From an uncultured delta proteobacterium (GTDB lineage: Bacteria > Myxococcota > Myxococcia > Myxococcales > Myxococcaceae): a DNA stretch of 64,000 nt. The stretch is taken from contig CAVZMH010000015.1 of the NCBI GenBank assembly GCA_963776345.1, forward strand, positions 192,001 through 256,000, given 5' to 3'. The translations under genes were made by a program, and so were the position numbers. Below the pieces are notes generated by a model. It saw only the letters and a list, made by a program, of their open reading frames with translations, made no database searches and had not been told where the DNA came from. Below are positions 9,936-19,156 of the stretch, piece after piece; positions within the stretch are counted from its first letter, which is position 1; every line of letters begins with the position of its first letter.

Positions 9936-10229
9936 TCAGGAGCTCGCTGCGGCCGGGGGAAATACGCTGTCCACCGCGGCGGCGCCCCGCCCCGCCGCCA
10001 GCGCCGCGACGAACGCACGCGCCCGCGCCGCCGGGTCGATGCCGGGCGGGAGCTCGCGTCGCATCTTCCCGCGCTGCAGCAAATGACGGACCGCCTCCTC
10101 GAACGCGCCGCGGGCACCGGCATCCTCGATCGGCGCGGCCGCCCAGCGCTCCGCCACCTCGACCAGCGCCTGGCGCACCGTCCTGCGCTTCCCGAGCAGC
10201 GGCTCGAACAGGGGGTCGTGCGCGCTCAC
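9936..10229 (-). CDS. Small helical protein resembling a TetR C-terminal domain without the HTH
   Basis: GTG start overlaps the protease stop (GTGA); 97 aa containing LLQRGKMRRELPPGIDPAARARAFVAAL. Confidence 0.55.
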   Translation of the reverse strand: MSAHDPLFEPLLGKRRTVRQALVEVAERWAAAPIEDAGARGAFEEAVRHLLQRGKMRRELPPGIDPAARARAFVAALAAGRGAAAVDSVFPPAAASS

Positions 10230-11623
10230 GGGGTGTCCAGCACCAGGCGCTTGGGCCTGCCCTGCCGCTCGACCTCGAGCGTGAGCCGGCTCCCCGCCGA
10301 TCGCTCCGCCAGCGCCGAGCGGAAGCTCTCCACGCTGGCCACCCGCTGCCCCGCCGCCTCCACCACCACGTCCCCGAGCCGCACGCCGGCACGGGCCGCG
10401 GGCCCGCTGGGCGTGACCTGCACCACCCACGCCCCGAACGGCGAGCGCGCGCCGAGCCGGTTCGCCGAGTCGGCGTCGAGGTCCGAGACCGTCATGCCGA
10501 GGCGGTCCAGGTCGGCCCGGGGCTCGACCTCGCCGGTGGGGCCTCCGGCCGGCGTCGGCCGCACCGGGCGCTCGACGACGCGCGCGGTGAACTCTCGCGC
10601 CGCCGACCCGCGCTGCACGCCCATCCGCACCAGCGTCCCTGGCGCCAGGAGCGAGATCTTCCTCAGCAGCTGGAGGTACGAGTCCACCGGACGCCCGTTG
10701 ATGGTCGTCACCCGATCTCCCGGCCGGAGGCCCACTGCGGCCGCCGGCCCGCCGGGGTAGACGTCCATCACCTGCGCCGAGTGCTTCCCCGGCTCCTCCA
10801 CCACCGTCATCCCCAGCCATCCCCGCTCCACGTGCCCGTTGTCCATGAGGTTGGGGAGCAGGTCCTTCACCATGTTGATCGGCACGGCGAACCCGATGCC
10901 CTGGGCGTTGCTGATGACCGCGCTGTTCACCCCCACCACCTCGCCCCGCATGTTGAACAGCGGCCCGCCGCTGTTGCCGGGGTTGATGAGCGCGTCGGTC
11001 TGGATGAAGTCGTCGAGCGGCCCGACGCCGAGCACCCGCTCCTTGGCCGAGATGAGGCCGTGGGAGACGCTGCGGTCGAGGCCGAAGGGGTTGCCGATGG
11101 CGACGACCCAGTCCCCCACCTCCAGCCGGTCCGAGTCGCCCAGCACCACCGAGGGCAGGTCGGTGGCATCCACCACCCGGAGCAGGGCGAGGTCGGTGTC
11201 GGGGTCGCTGCCCACCAGCTCGGCGTCGAACATCCGCCCGTCGGCGAGACGCACCTGGATCCACTGCGCGTCCTTCACCACGTGGTGGTTGCTCACCACG
11301 TACCCCTCGGGCCCGAGCAGGAACCCGGACCCGGTCGCGGTGGGGATGCGGCCGGCGGAGATGCCCTCCACCGGCTCGGAGTAGGTCAGGACGTTGATCA
11401 CCCCCGGGCTGACCGCGCGGATGAGCGGCGCCAGCGAGCTCGGCGCGGAGAAGCCGACCAGGAAGGGACCCGAGCCGTTGCGCTCCCGCCAGAGGGGCGT
11501 CTTGGAGATCGGGAACCTGTCTCCCTGCTCGAAGGCACGGGCACGCTCCCGCGCCCAGTCCTCGAACGCGTGCTGGGGACCGGTGGCGCCGAGGGCCAGG
11601 ACGAGGAGAGCGGAGAGCGGCAC
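10226..11623 (-). CDS. DegP/HtrA-family trypsin-like serine protease with two PDZ domains
   Basis: GSGF, SNHHVV, DTDLAL, IQTDALINPGNSGGPL, two PDZ (GPAA) segments. Confidence 0.95.
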   Translation of the reverse strand: MPLSALLVLALGATGPQHAFEDWARERARAFEQGDRFPISKTPLWRERNGSGPFLVGFSAPSSLAPLIRAVSPGVINVLTYSEPVEGISAGRIPTATGSGFLLGPEGYVVSNHHVVKDAQWIQVRLADGRMFDAELVGSDPDTDLALLRVVDATDLPSVVLGDSDRLEVGDWVVAIGNPFGLDRSVSHGLISAKERVLGVGPLDDFIQTDALINPGNSGGPLFNMRGEVVGVNSAVISNAQGIGFAVPINMVKDLLPNLMDNGHVERGWLGMTVVEEPGKHSAQVMDVYPGGPAAAVGLRPGDRVTTINGRPVDSYLQLLRKISLLAPGTLVRMGVQRGSAAREFTARVVERPVRPTPAGGPTGEVEPRADLDRLGMTVSDLDADSANRLGARSPFGAWVVQVTPSGPAARAGVRLGDVVVEAAGQRVASVESFRSALAERSAGSRLTLEVERQGRPKRLVLDTP

Positions 11624-11639
11624 GAGTCGGACCGCGACT

Positions 11640-12242
11640 CTACGCCTTCGCCGGCTCCAGGTACCTGCCGACCTTCACCCGGCCCGGGCGAATCACCCGG
11701 CCACGGAGGGCGTAGGCGGCCCGCTGCTCGGCCAGCACCCGCTCGTTCTGGTCCGGCGAGGGCACCAGCTCCATGTCCACCGCCTCGGCGGCGTTCGGGT
11801 CGTAGGGGCGGCCGACCAGGGACACCCGCTCGATCCCGCCCGCCTCCAGCTTCTGGAGCAGCTTGTCCCGGATCAACCGGACGCCCTGGGCGAAGGGAGA
11901 GCCGTCGTCCGCGGCGAGCGAGAGGTCCAGCTCGTCGATGGCCTCGATGATCGCCAGGGCCACCTGCCCCTTCTCCACCTCGATCATCCGGTCGCGCTCG
12001 CGCTGGACGCGCTGCTTGAACTCGTCGCGGTCACGCATCACGTCCTGGATGCCGCGGGCCAGCTCGTCCACCCGCCGGCGGGCGGCCTCCAGCTCGGTGC
12101 GGAGCTGGGCGACCTCGTCGACAGCGGCCGGCGGCTCGGCCGTCTCCGGAGGCGCCACGGTCTCCGGCTGGGGCGCGGCGACACCCGCGCGGGGGGACCC
12201 ATCGGCGTTGTAACGGCGCTTGTCGTTCACTCGGACGGTCAT
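11640..12242 (-). CDS. grpE: Nucleotide exchange factor GrpE family
   Basis: Coiled coil, then [12 protein letters not shown] and [17 protein letters not shown]. Confidence 0.88.
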   Translation of the reverse strand: MTVRVNDKRRYNADGSPRAGVAAPQPETVAPPETAEPPAAVDEVAQLRTELEAARRRVDELARGIQDVMRDRDEFKQRVQRERDRMIEVEKGQVALAIIEAIDELDLSLAADDGSPFAQGVRLIRDKLLQKLEAGGIERVSLVGRPYDPNAAEAVDMELVPSPDQNERVLAEQRAAYALRGRVIRPGRVKVGRYLEPAKA

Positions 12243-12253
12243 CGCTCCCGGCC

Positions 12254-12281
12254 AAACTAACCAGATGGCCCAGGCTGTCAA
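12254..12281 (-). promoter_or_regulatory. Candidate sigma70-type promoter for grpE-degP
   Basis: TTGACA-N16-TAGTTT just upstream of the grpE ATG. Confidence 0.45.
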
Positions 12282-12375
12282 CGCCCGGACGCCGGCCGGG
12301 CTTGAGCGGCCGGAGCGTCCATCGTACGAGGGTTGGCGGCGCCAACCTCGGCGCTCCGACGGAGGTCAAGCGGCG

Positions 12376-14034
12376 ATGGCGGGACGGGTGATCCGGGCCC
12401 CCCGGGGAAACGAGCGCAGCTGCCGAGGCTGGGTGCAGGAGGCCGCGCTCCGGATGCTGATGAACAACCTCGACCCGGAGGTCGCGGAGCGGCCCGGCGA
12501 CCTGGTGGTCTACGGCGGCACCGGCAAGGCGGCGCGGGACTGGGCCTCCTTCGACCGGATGGTGGCGACGCTCCGGACGCTCGGCGACGACGAGACGATG
12601 CTGGTGCAGTCGGGGAAGCCGGTGGGCGTGCTCCGGACCCATCCCGACGCGCCGCGGGTGCTGCTGGCGAACTCGAACCTGGTCGGACGCTGGTCCACCT
12701 GGGAGGTCTTCCGCGAGCTCGAGGCGAAGGGCCTGATGATGTACGGGCAGATGACCGCGGGCTCGTGGATCTACATCGGCACGCAGGGCATCTTGCAGGG
12801 CACCTACGAGACCTTCGCCCAGGCGGGCCGGACCCACTTCGGGACGGACGACCTCTCGGGCCGGCTGGTGCTCTCCGGAGGGCTCGGGGGCATGGGCGGC
12901 GCCCAGCCGCTGGCGGCGACGATGAACGGCGGAGTGTTCCTCGGCGTGGAGGTGGACCCGGAGCGGGCGCGGCGACGGGTCGAGCAACGCTACCTGGACG
13001 TCATCGCCCGGGACCTCGACGACGCGCTCGCCCAGGTCGACGCGGCGCGCGCGCGGAAGCAGGCCCGCTCCATCGCGGTCATCGGCAACGCCGCGGACGT
13101 GTACCCCGAGCTGGTGCGCCGGGGCATCGCCCCAGATCTGGTGACCGACCAGACCTCGGCGCACGACCCGCTGAACGGCTACATCCCCCGGGGCCTCTCG
13201 CTGGCGGAGGCCGCCGAGCTGCGGCGGTCGCGCCCCGAGGAGCACGTGCGGCGGGCCCAGGAGTCGATGGCGATCCAGGTCCGGGCGATGCTGGACATGA
13301 AGGCAGCGGGGAGCCACGTCTTCGACTACGGCAACAACATCCGCGCCGGCGCCCAGGCGGCCGGACTGAAGAACGCGTTCGACTTCCCCGGCTTCGTCCC
13401 GGCGTACATCCGCCCGCTGTTCTGCGAGGGCGCGGGGCCGTTCCGGTGGGTGGCGCTGTCGGGGGACCCGGAGGACATCCGCCGCACCGACCGCGCAGTG
13501 CTCGAGCTGTTCCCGGAGAAGACGGGGCTCGCCCGCTGGCTCCGCCTCGCCGCCGAGCGGGTGGCGTTCCAGGGCCTCCCGGCGCGCATCTGCTGGCTCG
13601 GTTACGGGGAGCGGCACCGCGCGGGGCTGGCCTTCAACCAGCTGGTGCGCCAGGGCGAGGTCAAGGCGCCCATCGTCATCGGCCGCGACCACCTGGACTG
13701 CGGCTCGGTGGCCTCGCCCAACCGCGAGACGGAGGCGATGAAGGACGGCTCCGACGCGGTGGCCGACTGGCCCATCCTGAACGCGCTGGTGAACGCGGTG
13801 AACGGCGCGAGCTGGGTGAGCGTGCACAACGGCGGCGGGGTGGGCATCGGCTACTCGCTGCACGCCGGGCAGGTCATCGTCGCCGACGGGACCGAGGCCG
13901 CGGCGCGGCGCATCGAGCGCGTCCTGACTTCCGACCCGGGCATGGGCGTGCTCCGGCACGTCGACGCCGGGTACCCCGAGGCCATCGAGGTCGCCCGCGC
14001 CCGCGGGGTGAAGATTCCCGGCGTCACCAGCTGA
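12376..14034 (+). CDS. hutU: Urocanate hydratase
   Basis: [60 protein letters not shown]. Confidence 0.97.
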   Translation: MAGRVIRAPRGNERSCRGWVQEAALRMLMNNLDPEVAERPGDLVVYGGTGKAARDWASFDRMVATLRTLGDDETMLVQSGKPVGVLRTHPDAPRVLLANSNLVGRWSTWEVFRELEAKGLMMYGQMTAGSWIYIGTQGILQGTYETFAQAGRTHFGTDDLSGRLVLSGGLGGMGGAQPLAATMNGGVFLGVEVDPERARRRVEQRYLDVIARDLDDALAQVDAARARKQARSIAVIGNAADVYPELVRRGIAPDLVTDQTSAHDPLNGYIPRGLSLAEAAELRRSRPEEHVRRAQESMAIQVRAMLDMKAAGSHVFDYGNNIRAGAQAAGLKNAFDFPGFVPAYIRPLFCEGAGPFRWVALSGDPEDIRRTDRAVLELFPEKTGLARWLRLAAERVAFQGLPARICWLGYGERHRAGLAFNQLVRQGEVKAPIVIGRDHLDCGSVASPNRETEAMKDGSDAVADWPILNALVNAVNGASWVSVHNGGGVGIGYSLHAGQVIVADGTEAAARRIERVLTSDPGMGVLRHVDAGYPEAIEVARARGVKIPGVTS

Positions 14035-14080
14035 ACGTCCGGCATTGCCGAGACTCCGCTGCGCGCGCGATGCTGCCCTC

Positions 14081-14302
14081 GTGGGCCGACTCTCGAGCAC
14101 CGCGGGGCTCTTCCTGGTCCTCGCGGGCGTGATGACCGGCTTCATCGCGGCCGGCTGGACGGACTTCGCCGACCGGGCGACGCGCCGCCTCGGACGGCCC
14201 TGTTCGCACAGCGACGGGATCGCCTGCATCGTCGACGTTCGACCCGGGACGATCCACTGGCCGCCCGAGTTCCACGGTCGGCGGAGACCAGGCCGACGAT
14301 GA
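14081..14302 (+). CDS. Small membrane protein between hutU and hutI
   Basis: GTG start, one hydrophobic segment (GLFLVLAGVMTGFIAAGW), Cys pair, stop overlaps the hutI start (ATGA). Confidence 0.45.
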   Translation: MGRLSSTAGLFLVLAGVMTGFIAAGWTDFADRATRRLGRPCSHSDGIACIVDVRPGTIHWPPEFHGRRRPGRR

Positions 14303-15561
14303 GCCGTCCGTTCGATCTCCTCGTCCGCAACGCCGGGACGGTCTTCACCGCCGACGGCCCGGAAGGCGGCAGCGCGCAGCAGCTGCTCGCGCCCATCCGG
14401 GGCGGAGCGGTGGGCATCCTTGACGCGCACCTCGCCTGGATTGGACCCGAGGGGGAACTCCCGGGCGACTCGCTCGCGCCATCGACGCGCATCCTCGACG
14501 CGGGCGGCGGGCTGGTCGCGCCCGGCTTCGTCGACTCCCACACCCACCTCGTCTGGGCCGGCGACCGTTCGGGCGAGTTCGCGCTCCGCTGCGCCGGGGC
14601 CGACTACCTCTCCATCGCCCGAGCGGGCGGCGGCATCGCCTCCACGGTGCGAGCGGTGCGGGCGGCCTCCGACGAGACGCTCATCGCGCTCGCCCTCCCC
14701 CGCCTCCAGCGCCTCCTCGCCCAGGGCGTCACCACCGCGGAGGTGAAGAGCGGCTACGGGCTGGACGCCGAGACCGAGCTGCGGATGCTCCGGGTCATCG
14801 ACCGGCTCGGCGCGCTCCAGCCCATCCGGCTCCTCCGGACCTTCCTCTGGCCGCATGCCATGCCTCCCGGGAGCACCGACCGGGCCGGCTTCCTGGACCG
14901 CGGCCGGGAGGTCCTCCGCGAGGTGGCGCGCGCGGGGCTGGCGCGCTTCGCCGATGCCTTCGTCGAGGAGGGCGCGTTCGGCCAGGACGAGATCCGGCCC
15001 TTCCTCGAGGAGGCGCGCGCCCTGGGGCTCGGGCTCAAGCTCCACGTCGACCAGCTCCACGCCGGTCACGGCGCCGAGCTCGCCGCGAGCCTCGGCGCGC
15101 TCTCCGCCGACCACCTCGAGTCGACCGGCCCCGAAGGCATCGCCGCGCTCGCCAGGGCGCGGACCACCGCGGTCCTCATCCCCACCGCCACGCTGGTGCT
15201 CCGGCTGCCGCGGTACGCGCCGGGACGTGCGCTGGTGGACGCGGGCGTCGGCGTGGCGATCGCCAGCAACTGCAACCCGGGCAGCGCGCCGACCGAGAAC
15301 CTCGCGCTGGCGCTCTCCCTGGCCTGCCTGCAGAACGGGCTCACCCCGGCCGAGGCCCTGCTGGGCGTCACCCGGCGGGGCGGCGAGGCCCTCGGCGACG
15401 CCTCGCTGGGCAGGCTTCGGGTGGGAGGCCCGGCGGACCTGGTGGTCCTCGGTGCGCCGGACGTCGACCACCTCGTCGCCCATCTCGCCACCAGCCACGT
15501 CCAGGCGGTGGTGCGCGACGGACGCATCGTCCTGCGGTCGGACGAGAACGCGCGCTGCTGA
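14299..15561 (+). CDS. hutI: Imidazolonepropionase
   Basis: PGFVDSHTHLV, GGGIASTV, EVKSGYGL, HVDQL, SADHLE, NPGS. Confidence 0.93.
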   Translation: MSRPFDLLVRNAGTVFTADGPEGGSAQQLLAPIRGGAVGILDAHLAWIGPEGELPGDSLAPSTRILDAGGGLVAPGFVDSHTHLVWAGDRSGEFALRCAGADYLSIARAGGGIASTVRAVRAASDETLIALALPRLQRLLAQGVTTAEVKSGYGLDAETELRMLRVIDRLGALQPIRLLRTFLWPHAMPPGSTDRAGFLDRGREVLREVARAGLARFADAFVEEGAFGQDEIRPFLEEARALGLGLKLHVDQLHAGHGAELAASLGALSADHLESTGPEGIAALARARTTAVLIPTATLVLRLPRYAPGRALVDAGVGVAIASNCNPGSAPTENLALALSLACLQNGLTPAEALLGVTRRGGEALGDASLGRLRVGGPADLVVLGAPDVDHLVAHLATSHVQAVVRDGRIVLRSDENARC

Positions 15562-15572
15562 GGAAAGTTCCA

Positions 15573-15598
15573 GCCCGGGCCTCCCACGAGGCCCGGGC
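15573..15598 (+). terminator. GC-rich hairpin after hutI
   Basis: GCCCGGGCCTC-CCAC-GAGGCCCGGGC perfect 11-bp stem; no strong U tract. Confidence 0.4.
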
Positions 15599-15764
15599 CC
15601 GGAACAGGGCTTTCCCGCTCTGCCTCCGACCACCGGAGGGCAGAACACCCATCGCCGTCAAACAGGCGCCCCCCGTTCACATTCCGCAACGGTCCGGTGA
15701 CGCAGGGGGGTGCCGGTGGCCCCGCTGCGAACGTCAAGCGGCTCGTGTATGAAGAGAGGAGTCC

Positions 15765-16613
15765 ATGTGTCGTCTGTTCGGCTTTCGGTCCACGGCGTCA
15801 GAGCGGGTGCATGACGCGCTGGTGCTGGAGCGAAACTCGCTCCGCCGGCAATCGCTCGAGCACCCCGACGGCTGGGGCATCGCCTCCTGGCAGGACGGCG
15901 GCTTTCCCGAGGTCGCGCGGGGGCTCGGCGCAGCCCACCTGGATCCCGAGTTCGAGCGCGTCAGCAGCGCGGTGAAGGCCCGCACCGTGCTCGCCCACCT
16001 CCGGCTGGCCTCGGTCGGCTCGGTGAAGCTGGACAACGCCCACCCCTTCACCCACGGCCGCTGGGCGTTCGCCCACAACGGCACGCTGCACGCGTTCGAC
16101 CGGCACCGCGCCGCCATCGAGGCGCTCATCGCTCCGGCGTACCGCACCTTCCGCGGCGACACCGACTCCGAGCGCTGCTTCGCGCTCTTCCTGACCCGGC
16201 TCTCGTCCCGGGCCGACCCGCAGGGAACACCCTCGCTGGACGACGTGCAGTGGGCGCTGGCCACGACCGTCGACGAGGTCGGGCGCATCACCGACCTGGA
16301 CGTGGGGACCGGGAAGCGCTCGGCGATGAACTTCCTCGTCACCGACGGCGACCTGCTCGCCGCCATCCGCCGCGACCGGACCCTCTTCCTCGCCGCGGAG
16401 TCAGACGAGGGCGTTCCACTCCGGGAGCGCCCGGCCACCGGCACCCGGGTGTACGCGCTCGAGGTCGCCAGCGAGGAGCTCCAGGGGCCCGACGTCTGGC
16501 ACGAGGTGCCCCAGGATGGCGTCATCGGCATCGACCGGGACCTGACGTTCGTGGAAACCTCGCTCGCGACGCTGCTTCAGCGCACCGCGGGCACGCTCGC
16601 CCGCACGGGGTGA
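15765..16613 (+). CDS. Class II glutamine amidotransferase / Ntn hydrolase (YafJ/EgtC-like)
   Basis: N-terminal MCRLFG, HPDGWG, AHLRLAS, NAHPF, FAHNG, GDTDSE. Confidence 0.9.
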   Translation: MCRLFGFRSTASERVHDALVLERNSLRRQSLEHPDGWGIASWQDGGFPEVARGLGAAHLDPEFERVSSAVKARTVLAHLRLASVGSVKLDNAHPFTHGRWAFAHNGTLHAFDRHRAAIEALIAPAYRTFRGDTDSERCFALFLTRLSSRADPQGTPSLDDVQWALATTVDEVGRITDLDVGTGKRSAMNFLVTDGDLLAAIRRDRTLFLAAESDEGVPLRERPATGTRVYALEVASEELQGPDVWHEVPQDGVIGIDRDLTFVETSLATLLQRTAGTLARTG

Positions 16614-16616
16614 GCC

Positions 16617-17615
16617 ATGCCCATCAATCTGCAGCAAGCCCGGGCCGCCATCGAGCAGGCCCAGGAGAACGCCCTGGCTCAGCAGGCCCAGCAGGCGCTC
16701 CAGGGCCCGCGCCAGTTCGCGCGCCCATCGGTCGAGCACCTCTCGCTCGGACGGGGGCTCCGGGTCGTCATCCTCCTCGTGCTCTGGGCGCTCGGGAGCG
16801 TCGTCTCCCTCCTGCTCGGGCTCGGGGCCGGAGGACTGCCCGGGGCGGGCATCTCGCTCCCGCTGGGGGCCATCGTCTCCTTCTTCCTCGCCCTCTACCT
16901 GAGCCACATCGTCCGGATCGCGGCCCAGTGGGAGCGTGGGGTGGTGCTGCGCCTGGGGAAGTTCCACGGGCTCAAGGGCCCGGGCGTCATCCTCGTGTTC
17001 CCGGTGATGGACTCGGTGCGGTTCGTGGACACGCGGCTCCTCACGCTCGACATCCCGCACCAGCAGGTCATCACCCGGGACAACGTGCCGGTCCGGGTGG
17101 ACGGGGTGATCTTCTTCACGGTGCGTGACCCGGAGCGGGCGGTGATCACCGTCCAGGACTACCGGTTCGCCGTCTCGCAGTACGCCCAGGCCTCGCTCCG
17201 CGACGTCATCGGGAGCATGACCCTCGACGAGCTGCTCAGCGAGCGCGATCAGATCCAGTCGAAGATCGCCGCGGTGGTCGAGAGCCGCGCCTCCACCTGG
17301 GGCACGCACATCGACTCCATCCGGCTGCTGGACATCGACATGCCCGAGGACCTCAAGCGGATGATGTCCCGCCAGGCCTCGGCCGAGCGCGAGAAGCGGG
17401 CCACCATCACCAAGGCCGAGGGCGACCGGGATGCGGCGCTCAACCTCGCGGCCGCCGCGGCGACCATGGCCGCGAGCCCCGGGGCGATGCAGCTCCGGAC
17501 GCTCCAGAGCCTCGACGGCCTCGGCTCCTCGCCGTCGAACACCGTGCTGCTCGCCGTGCCGGTGGAGGTGCTGGAGCTCGCCAAGGCCCTGGGCAAGGCG
17601 CGGGGCGAGAGCTGA
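16617..17615 (+). CDS. SPFH/stomatin (slipin) family membrane protein
   Basis: ERGVVLRLGK, ITRDNV, LRDVIG, AEREKRA, AMQLRTLQ. Confidence 0.92.
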   Translation: MPINLQQARAAIEQAQENALAQQAQQALQGPRQFARPSVEHLSLGRGLRVVILLVLWALGSVVSLLLGLGAGGLPGAGISLPLGAIVSFFLALYLSHIVRIAAQWERGVVLRLGKFHGLKGPGVILVFPVMDSVRFVDTRLLTLDIPHQQVITRDNVPVRVDGVIFFTVRDPERAVITVQDYRFAVSQYAQASLRDVIGSMTLDELLSERDQIQSKIAAVVESRASTWGTHIDSIRLLDIDMPEDLKRMMSRQASAEREKRATITKAEGDRDAALNLAAAAATMAASPGAMQLRTLQSLDGLGSSPSNTVLLAVPVEVLELAKALGKARGES

Positions 17616-17681
17616 AAAGTGCGAGGCCCCCGGGGGTGCGCTCCCGGAGGCCTCGTCCAGTCCGGAGGGGGTGGAGCCGGA

Positions 17682-18371
17682 CTAGATGGGACAGCTCGGG
17701 TTGCTCGGGTCGCAGGAGAAGCCGCCGTCCGGGTTGACGGGAGGCGTGCCGGCATCGGCGCCGCCGCCCGAGTCGCCGCCGTCGGGCGTGCCGGAGGCAG
17801 GGGTGCCGCCATCGACGCAGCTCTGGGGCTCGTCGGCCTCGGTCCTCACCCGGATGACCGGACGGAGGATCCACTCGGGGTTCGGGCCGCCCGTCTCGTG
17901 GTAGGCGATGGAGTTCTTGCCGTCGAAGTCGATGGTCAGGGTGTGCTTGGTGCAGGCGCTGACCGTGAAGGGCCCCTTCAGCTTGAGGCCCGAGGTGGAC
18001 CCGCTCGGCGTCTTCAGCGGCGCATGACTGTCGTCGGCGAGCACCACGTACTGCGGACCGTCGGCCAGCTGCAGCCGGACCTCGGTGACCTGCCCGGCCG
18101 GCAGCGAGACCTCACCGAGCTTCAGCGCGACGTCCTGGAGCGTGAGCAGGTCGACGGTGATCGGCCCGTGAGCCACCGTCACCCAGCCGGCCTGCTCGGA
18201 GTGGGCGGTCACCGTGTCGATGGTGACCACGATGCCCTTGACGTCCGGCGAGGGTGCGTCGACCAGCTCGATGGCGAGCGTGCCGTTGCCCGAGGAGCTG
18301 CCCGCGCCACAACCCGTCATGGCGAGGGCGGCGGTGGCGGCGAGCATCGAACGAAGGAACCGAGAAGACAT
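17682..18371 (-). CDS. DUF4382-like lipoprotein
   Basis: Lipobox MTGC; LVDAP, VDLLTL, LKTPSG, LTIDFD, LRPVI; Pro/Gly/Asp tail ending CDPSNPSCPI. Confidence 0.8.
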   Translation of the reverse strand: MSSRFLRSMLAATAALAMTGCGAGSSSGNGTLAIELVDAPSPDVKGIVVTIDTVTAHSEQAGWVTVAHGPITVDLLTLQDVALKLGEVSLPAGQVTEVRLQLADGPQYVVLADDSHAPLKTPSGSTSGLKLKGPFTVSACTKHTLTIDFDGKNSIAYHETGGPNPEWILRPVIRVRTEADEPQSCVDGGTPASGTPDGGDSGGGADAGTPPVNPDGGFSCDPSNPSCPI

Positions 18372-18422
18372 CGACGAGGACTCTCGAGGTAGGGCCGTGG
18401 TGGGCGGTGCGCGCCGGCTCGT

Positions 18423-18440
18423 CTGCACTCCGCTTGCCAG
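18423..18440 (-). promoter_or_regulatory. Sigma54 -24/-12 promoter for the DUF4382-like gene
   Basis: CTGGCAAGCGGAGTGCAG, GG-N10-GC spacing. Confidence 0.6.
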
Positions 18441-18575
18441 CCGGACTGAAATCGCGGATTTCCGGCTGGCCTCAGGGCCCTGCGGCGCGTTCTTCAGAGG
18501 GAAACATGTGCGCGGATGTCGCTCGTCCGGCGCTCCCCACGGGTCCCCGCGCGGAGAGTGGGACTGCGCTTGCGG

Positions 18576-18612
18576 TGTACCGTTTGGTGCAGTGGCTGTC
18601 CCGGATGGGACG
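18576..18612. promoter_or_regulatory. Tandem palindromic enhancer (UAS) sites for an NtrC-family activator
   Basis: TGTACCGTTTGGTGCA (18576-18591) and TGTCCCGGATGGGACG (18597-18612), starts 21 bp apart. Confidence 0.55.
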
Positions 18613-18655
18613 GCCTGAGCCCGATGGACGAAGTGCTCGTGAGGCGAGTGGTGGG

Positions 18656-18671
18656 CGGCACGACCGTTGCT
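18656..18671 (+). promoter_or_regulatory. Sigma54 -24/-12 promoter for the 18688-23755 operon
   Basis: CGGCACGACCGTTGCT, GG-N10-GC with GGCAC and TTGC. Confidence 0.7.
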
Positions 18672-18687
18672 GTAGGAAGGCTCCAGG

Positions 18688-19092
18688 ATGTCGCGCTGCG
18701 CGCTGATGCTCGGACTGATGCTGGCCTCGACGGCCAGCGCGGAGGAGCTTGCGCCGCGCACCCGCGCGCTGCTGCACGAGGCGCTGGAGGCGAGGCTCAC
18801 GCTGCCCACCGAGCCTCCGTCCCTGCAGCGGCCGGTGCTTCCGCCCACCCTGCCCGCTCCGGCGGCCGCCGCGGCGCGAGAGTCCAACGGCGCTGCGACG
18901 CAGGCCGCCGAGGCCTCCGTCGCCAACCGCGCTGCCCAGGACGTGGCCAACGGCAAGGGGCACGCGAGCGACGCCAGCGAGTCCACCCGGAACGCCGCTG
19001 GCCAGGCCCGCGCAGCCGAGGCCCGGGCGACGGGTGGAAGCGGCGCGACTCACGGGCACAAGGGCGGCAACGGGGACGGCAAGAAGCCGTAG
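18688..19092 (+). CDS. Small exported low-complexity protein
   Basis: Signal peptide ending ASA; Pro-rich then Ala/Asn/Gln-rich; ends HGHKGGNGDGKKP. Confidence 0.65.
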   Translation: MSRCALMLGLMLASTASAEELAPRTRALLHEALEARLTLPTEPPSLQRPVLPPTLPAPAAAAARESNGAATQAAEASVANRAAQDVANGKGHASDASESTRNAAGQARAAEARATGGSGATHGHKGGNGDGKKP

Positions 19093-19156
19093 CCCCACGC
19101 CGGGACGCGCGACTCGCCCGCGCGGCTGAGCCCGCAGCCGCCTGGGGCGAGTCGCG

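Noticed and set aside
12031..15648. Very long ORFs antisense to or overlapping real genes (for example 12031-15648 minus, 41870-44539 plus, 33966-36170 plus)
   Set aside because: Shadow ORFs expected at this GC content; they lack motifs and lie opposite well-supported genes.
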